A stretch of 51,769 nucleotides of DNA from Caldilineales bacterium (GTDB lineage Bacteria > Chloroflexota > Anaerolineae > J102), in NCBI GenBank assembly GCA_026417535.1, contig JAOADB010000002.1:1-51769 (forward strand). Reading direction: 5' to 3'. Below the pieces are notes generated by a model, which worked only from the letters and a program-made list of their open reading frames with translations, made no database searches and was not told the DNA's origin. A program made the translations under genes and the position numbers. Positions 48,439 through 51,769 of this stretch are shown in pieces; the first letter of the stretch is position 1, and every line of letters begins with the position of its first letter.

Positions 48439-51411
48439 TCACCGCGTGACGGCCACGACCAGCAGCGTCAGCACGGCCAAGTCGGGCAAAAACAACGAGT
48501 TGTCAATCAGGCCGTGGGCCAGCCCGGCCACCAGGCCGGCGTACAGGCCCAGGTAGAGGACGCGTTCCGGGTCAGCCCATCGGCGTAACAGCGCCCACCC
48601 GCGCGGGAGCGCCAGCGCCAGCATCCACAAACCCGGCACGGCGCCGAACAGTCCCACGCGGGTCAGCAAGTCCAGGAACAGGTTGTGGGGATGGCTCAGG
48701 TTGAGCTCTTGCCAGGCCGTCGGCAACACGTAACGACTGCGATAGGCGTAGAGGAAATTGTCCGGCCCCACACCCAGCCAGGGATGGTCGAGGAACATCC
48801 GCCAGGCGCTTTGCCAGAGCTGCAACCGCCAAAAGGTCGTGCCCGACTCCCAATCGAACAGGCCGACCAGCCGCGGGGTGGTGATAAAGGGTAGGATGGC
48901 CAGCGCAGCGACCCCGACCAGGGCCAACACGGGCCGACGCAGCCGCTTCTCAGCCAGGGCCAGGACGAGCAGACCGGCCGGCAGGCTGAACAGGAGCAAC
49001 CCGCGCGAGAAGGTGAGAAAGGCGGCGGCGCCGACGACAGGCAGGGCGACGGCATAGGCCCAACGCCGACGACCGCTGCCGGTAAACCCGACGGCCACCA
49101 GCAACGGCAACACCCGCCCCAAGAAGAGGGCCAGGTTGTTGGGCGAACCGTAAACCGCCTTCAGCCGCGGTACGCCCTCGATGGACTCCACCTGCCCGGT
49201 CGCCAACCCATACAGCCCTACAGCCGCCACCAGCACGGCGCCCAGGACCAGCCCATCGGCCAGCAGACCCAGGGGGAGCGGCCGTTCGCGCCGCGCGCGC
49301 GTGAGCAGCGCGTAGAACAGGGCCGGGGTCAAAAAGACCGTGCGAAAATCGTACCACGCGGCCCCTGCCTCGTCCGCGGCCAGGGTGGCAAACAGCCCCA
49401 CGAACACGAGTAGGAATACGGGGAGATCGGGAGACAACGGGGTCAGACCGGCCGCTTGGGGCTTCGTCCGCTGCGCCCAACGGCCCAGAAGGTGGCGTGT
49501 CAGCCCCAACCCGGCCCCCAACCAGATGACCAGCTCGTGCAGGGGCAACCCGACGGGGCCGAGGGGCCGGGGCCGCACGTAGAAGGGTAACGTCACCAGC
49601 GCCAGCATGGGCGCCAGCCAGGGACGCCAGGCCAGCAGCAGGACCAACGGAGGCAGCGCCGCCAATCCCCACCATCGCCCCGGCGCCACCGCCAACCAGG
49701 CCACCAAACCCAGCCCGGCCGCGACTGCCCACCCCTCCGGAAGGGGACGGGCCATGAGCGCGTCCCAGGCGGCGGTCAGGCGACGGGCCAGACCGCGACC
49801 GGCCTCGCCGCGGGCCATGTCCCACCAGCGCCATCCCGTCCAGGCCAGAGCCAGGACCAGCACGGCCGCAGCCGGCCAGGGCGACCACGGCGCCGGCCGG
49901 GGTTCGTGGTCCACAAGGATGCCCCGCAAGAGCCACTGTCCCCAGCCGGCCGAGGCTTCCAGCCGCAGCTGATGGCGACCCGGCGGCAGGTCGCGGGCCA
50001 GGGGCACCACGGCCACCCGGTTGGCGGGGTCATACAGGGCGATATAGGCGTCGCCGTTTTCGTCGCGGGGCAAGAGCGCCGCGGGTTTCTCGTCAATCCA
50101 GGCTTTGAGGGTGGCCCAGTACGGCCCCCGCTGAATTTCCACGGCTATGGCCCGACCCTCGAAGGCATAGGTCAGGACCGAGTTGGGTTGATCGGGGTCG
50201 GCGGCTTGAGGGCTGAAGCGCCAATCGCCCTGCACGACGGCTGCAGCAGGATTGTCGGCCGGATGGCGACCGCTGCCCAGCACGAGGGGCGGCGAGACCA
50301 GCCTGCGCAGATGCCGGCCGGCCGGGGTCGGTTCACCGGTCGGTCGGCGGAGGGCGAAGCCCCGGCGGCGCGGGTCGCGGGCCGGGGTGAGGGTGTACTC
50401 GACCCAGGCCAGCGGCCCTGCCCAAGGCCACGTCATGCGCGCTAGGTCGAGGGCCTGGGCCTGATAGGTCGGCAACAGCGCCGGGTCCACCTGCCCCCAG
50501 GGCGAATCGGTCTCGCCCTCGGCCGGACTCCACCACCCCCAGGCCGTGATCCAGACCGGTTTGGTCGCGTCGCCGTAGCGGGCCATCAGGTCGTGGATGA
50601 GTTCCGGTCGGCGGAAGTTGAGTCGGTCCGGCGCTGGCGGGTCGAGGGGCGAACGGTCGAAACCGTAGCCGGCCGCGGCCACCAGGTCGAAATACGGCGC
50701 CGCGCCGAGTTGGTAGAGTCGTTCCAGGAACCACAGGTCCGAGCGGTTGAGGGGCTCGTCCGCAGTTGTGGGCGCCAGCGCCGCCAGCATGATGTGCGCC
50801 TCCGGGTCGCCGCGACGGATGCTGTTAGCGGCCTCGCGCAGGAGGTTGAAATAGCTTTGGGGCGAGATCCAGGCCCGCCCCCAATGGGGTGCGATGTTCG
50901 GTTCGTCCCAAATCTGGTAGATATCCACCAGGTTGTTGTAGCCCGCAGCTACGGCCTCGGCAAACCGACCGAAGTCGCGGACGTCGTGAGGCGGCGCCAA
51001 AGGGTTATCGGCATCCTCTGGCTTCACCGCCCAGGCGGGGGCGCCGTCCAGCAACAGCACGACCCGCAGGTCGTGGCGCCGGCAGGCTTCCAACGCAGCC
51101 TGCAGCACCTCCCAGCGGTAGAGGCCCCGCTCCGGTTCAAGCTCGTTCCAGGGTACCCGCAACCGCACCCAACGGAAGCCATCCTCGGCCATCCAGGCCA
51201 GGATGTCGGTGGCCTGTTGCGGGGTCAATCCCGCCAGGTCGAGATTGGCCATCAGCTCCCCGTGCCCGGCCGCGACCGGCACCGGCCACGGCCGCGCCGC
51301 CGACCGCCAGACCAGACCCGCATCCAGGGCCAGCGCGATCAGGAGGAGGACGAGAAGGGCGCTGAAGAGGAGGAAACGGCGCATGGGGGCGTTGTTTAGG
51401 GAACCTGTCAC
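48439..51411 (-). CDS. large polytopic membrane protein: N-terminal glycoside-hydrolase-like (TIM-barrel) domain fused to a C-terminal O-antigen ligase (Wzy_C) domain
   Basis: N-terminal FRWVRLRVPWNELEPERGLYRW...VVLLLDGAPAWA...IWDEPNI. More than 12 TM segments. C-terminal TFSRGLLLF...WRLQLWQSAWRMFLDHPWLGVGPDNF...SHPHNLFLDLL. Confidence 0.75.
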   Translation of the reverse strand: MTGSLNNAPMRRFLLFSALLVLLLIALALDAGLVWRSAARPWPVPVAAGHGELMANLDLAGLTPQQATDILAWMAEDGFRWVRLRVPWNELEPERGLYRWEVLQAALEACRRHDLRVVLLLDGAPAWAVKPEDADNPLAPPHDVRDFGRFAEAVAAGYNNLVDIYQIWDEPNIAPHWGRAWISPQSYFNLLREAANSIRRGDPEAHIMLAALAPTTADEPLNRSDLWFLERLYQLGAAPYFDLVAAAGYGFDRSPLDPPAPDRLNFRRPELIHDLMARYGDATKPVWITAWGWWSPAEGETDSPWGQVDPALLPTYQAQALDLARMTWPWAGPLAWVEYTLTPARDPRRRGFALRRPTGEPTPAGRHLRRLVSPPLVLGSGRHPADNPAAAVVQGDWRFSPQAADPDQPNSVLTYAFEGRAIAVEIQRGPYWATLKAWIDEKPAALLPRDENGDAYIALYDPANRVAVVPLARDLPPGRHQLRLEASAGWGQWLLRGILVDHEPRPAPWSPWPAAAVLVLALAWTGWRWWDMARGEAGRGLARRLTAAWDALMARPLPEGWAVAAGLGLVAWLAVAPGRWWGLAALPPLVLLLAWRPWLAPMLALVTLPFYVRPRPLGPVGLPLHELVIWLGAGLGLTRHLLGRWAQRTKPQAAGLTPLSPDLPVFLLVFVGLFATLAADEAGAAWYDFRTVFLTPALFYALLTRARRERPLPLGLLADGLVLGAVLVAAVGLYGLATGQVESIEGVPRLKAVYGSPNNLALFLGRVLPLLVAVGFTGSGRRRWAYAVALPVVGAAAFLTFSRGLLLFSLPAGLLVLALAEKRLRRPVLALVGVAALAILPFITTPRLVGLFDWESGTTFWRLQLWQSAWRMFLDHPWLGVGPDNFLYAYRSRYVLPTAWQELNLSHPHNLFLDLLTRVGLFGAVPGLWMLALALPRGWALLRRWADPERVLYLGLYAGLVAGLAHGLIDNSLFLPDLAVLTLLVVAVTR

Positions 51412-51512
51412 GATTCAGGCGGCTGTTCCCCATATCGAGAAGTCAGAGAGCTGGGGAAGGAGCTCGAGGAGCTGGAGGGAGCTTGGAGGAGTTTCGTCCA
51501 TCGTCCCAAGCG

Positions 51513-51769
51513 CTACAGGAGCTCTTTGATCCGCTGCGCCACCTGCCGGGTCATGCCGGGCACGGCAGCGATCTCCTCGACGGTGGCGTTGCGGATGGCG
51601 TCAATGCTGCCGAAATGCTTGAGCAGCGCCGTTCGGCGTTTCATGCCTACGCCGGGGATTTCCTCGAGCCGGGAGCGGGTCATGCCCTTCTCGCGCAGGG
51701 TGCGCTGATAGCTCAAGGCAAAACGGTGGGCCTCGTCGCGGATTCGCTGCACCAGGTACATCTCGGGGC
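51513..51769 (-). CDS. uvrC: excinuclease ABC subunit C, C-terminal fragment (N-terminus beyond the window)
   Basis: RDEAHRFALSYQR...LEEIPGVGMKRRTALLKHFGSIDAIRNATVEEIAAVPGM is the (HhH)2 end of UvrC; the ORF is open to the window edge. Confidence 0.88.
   Translation of the reverse strand, partial: PEMYLVQRIRDEAHRFALSYQRTLREKGMTRSRLEEIPGVGMKRRTALLKHFGSIDAIRNATVEEIAAVPGMTRQVAQRIKELL

Overview
GC-rich bacterial chromosomal contig, probably from a metagenome assembly: bases 1-19 are an untrimmed Tn5/Nextera mosaic-end adapter. Most of the content is housekeeping. It includes leuS, ilvE, thrS, guaB, rpsA, rpsI, clpC, glgP, sdaAB/sdaAA and modABC. It also includes mog/moaB, a four-gene acyl-CoA carboxylase cluster, cell-envelope enzymes (YkuD L,D-transpeptidase, M23/LysM peptidase, GT-C and GT4 glycosyltransferases, an O-antigen-ligase fusion), a penicillin-acylase-family protein and two EamA transporters. 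There are three tRNA genes: Ala-GGC, Ala-CGC and Val-GAC. I found no rRNA, CRISPR array, transposase, integrase, prophage or recognisable defence system.

The most unusual content is non-coding and invisible to the ORF track.
- Two T-box riboswitch leaders lie on the minus strand, and each is transcribed as the 3' trailer of a tRNA gene.
- The first (specifier CUC, Leu) lies upstream of ilvE-leuS and has a complete tRNA-Ala(GGC) gene embedded between its specifier half and its antiterminator half.
- The second is complete but has no downstream gene. A low-GC block separates it from thrS. That block contains an ORFan whose promoter carries a perfect GAAC-N4-GTTC (LexA/Cheo-type) box.
- Almost every intergenic region holds members of several dispersed repeat families: GACGA/TCGTC pentamer palindromes, a conserved ~115-nt element, GGTAACT heptamer inverted repeats flanking AT-rich cores, and GGAGCT runs.

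Many long ORFs in the track are antisense shadow ORFs typical of high-GC DNA. Several real genes in the track carry false N-terminal extensions that read through intergenic repeats. All calls come from reading the sequence and from motif recognition; no searches were run. The T-boxes, the GAAC-N4-GTTC box and the gene content suggest a Terrabacteria/Chloroflexota-like organism, but that is only an inference.
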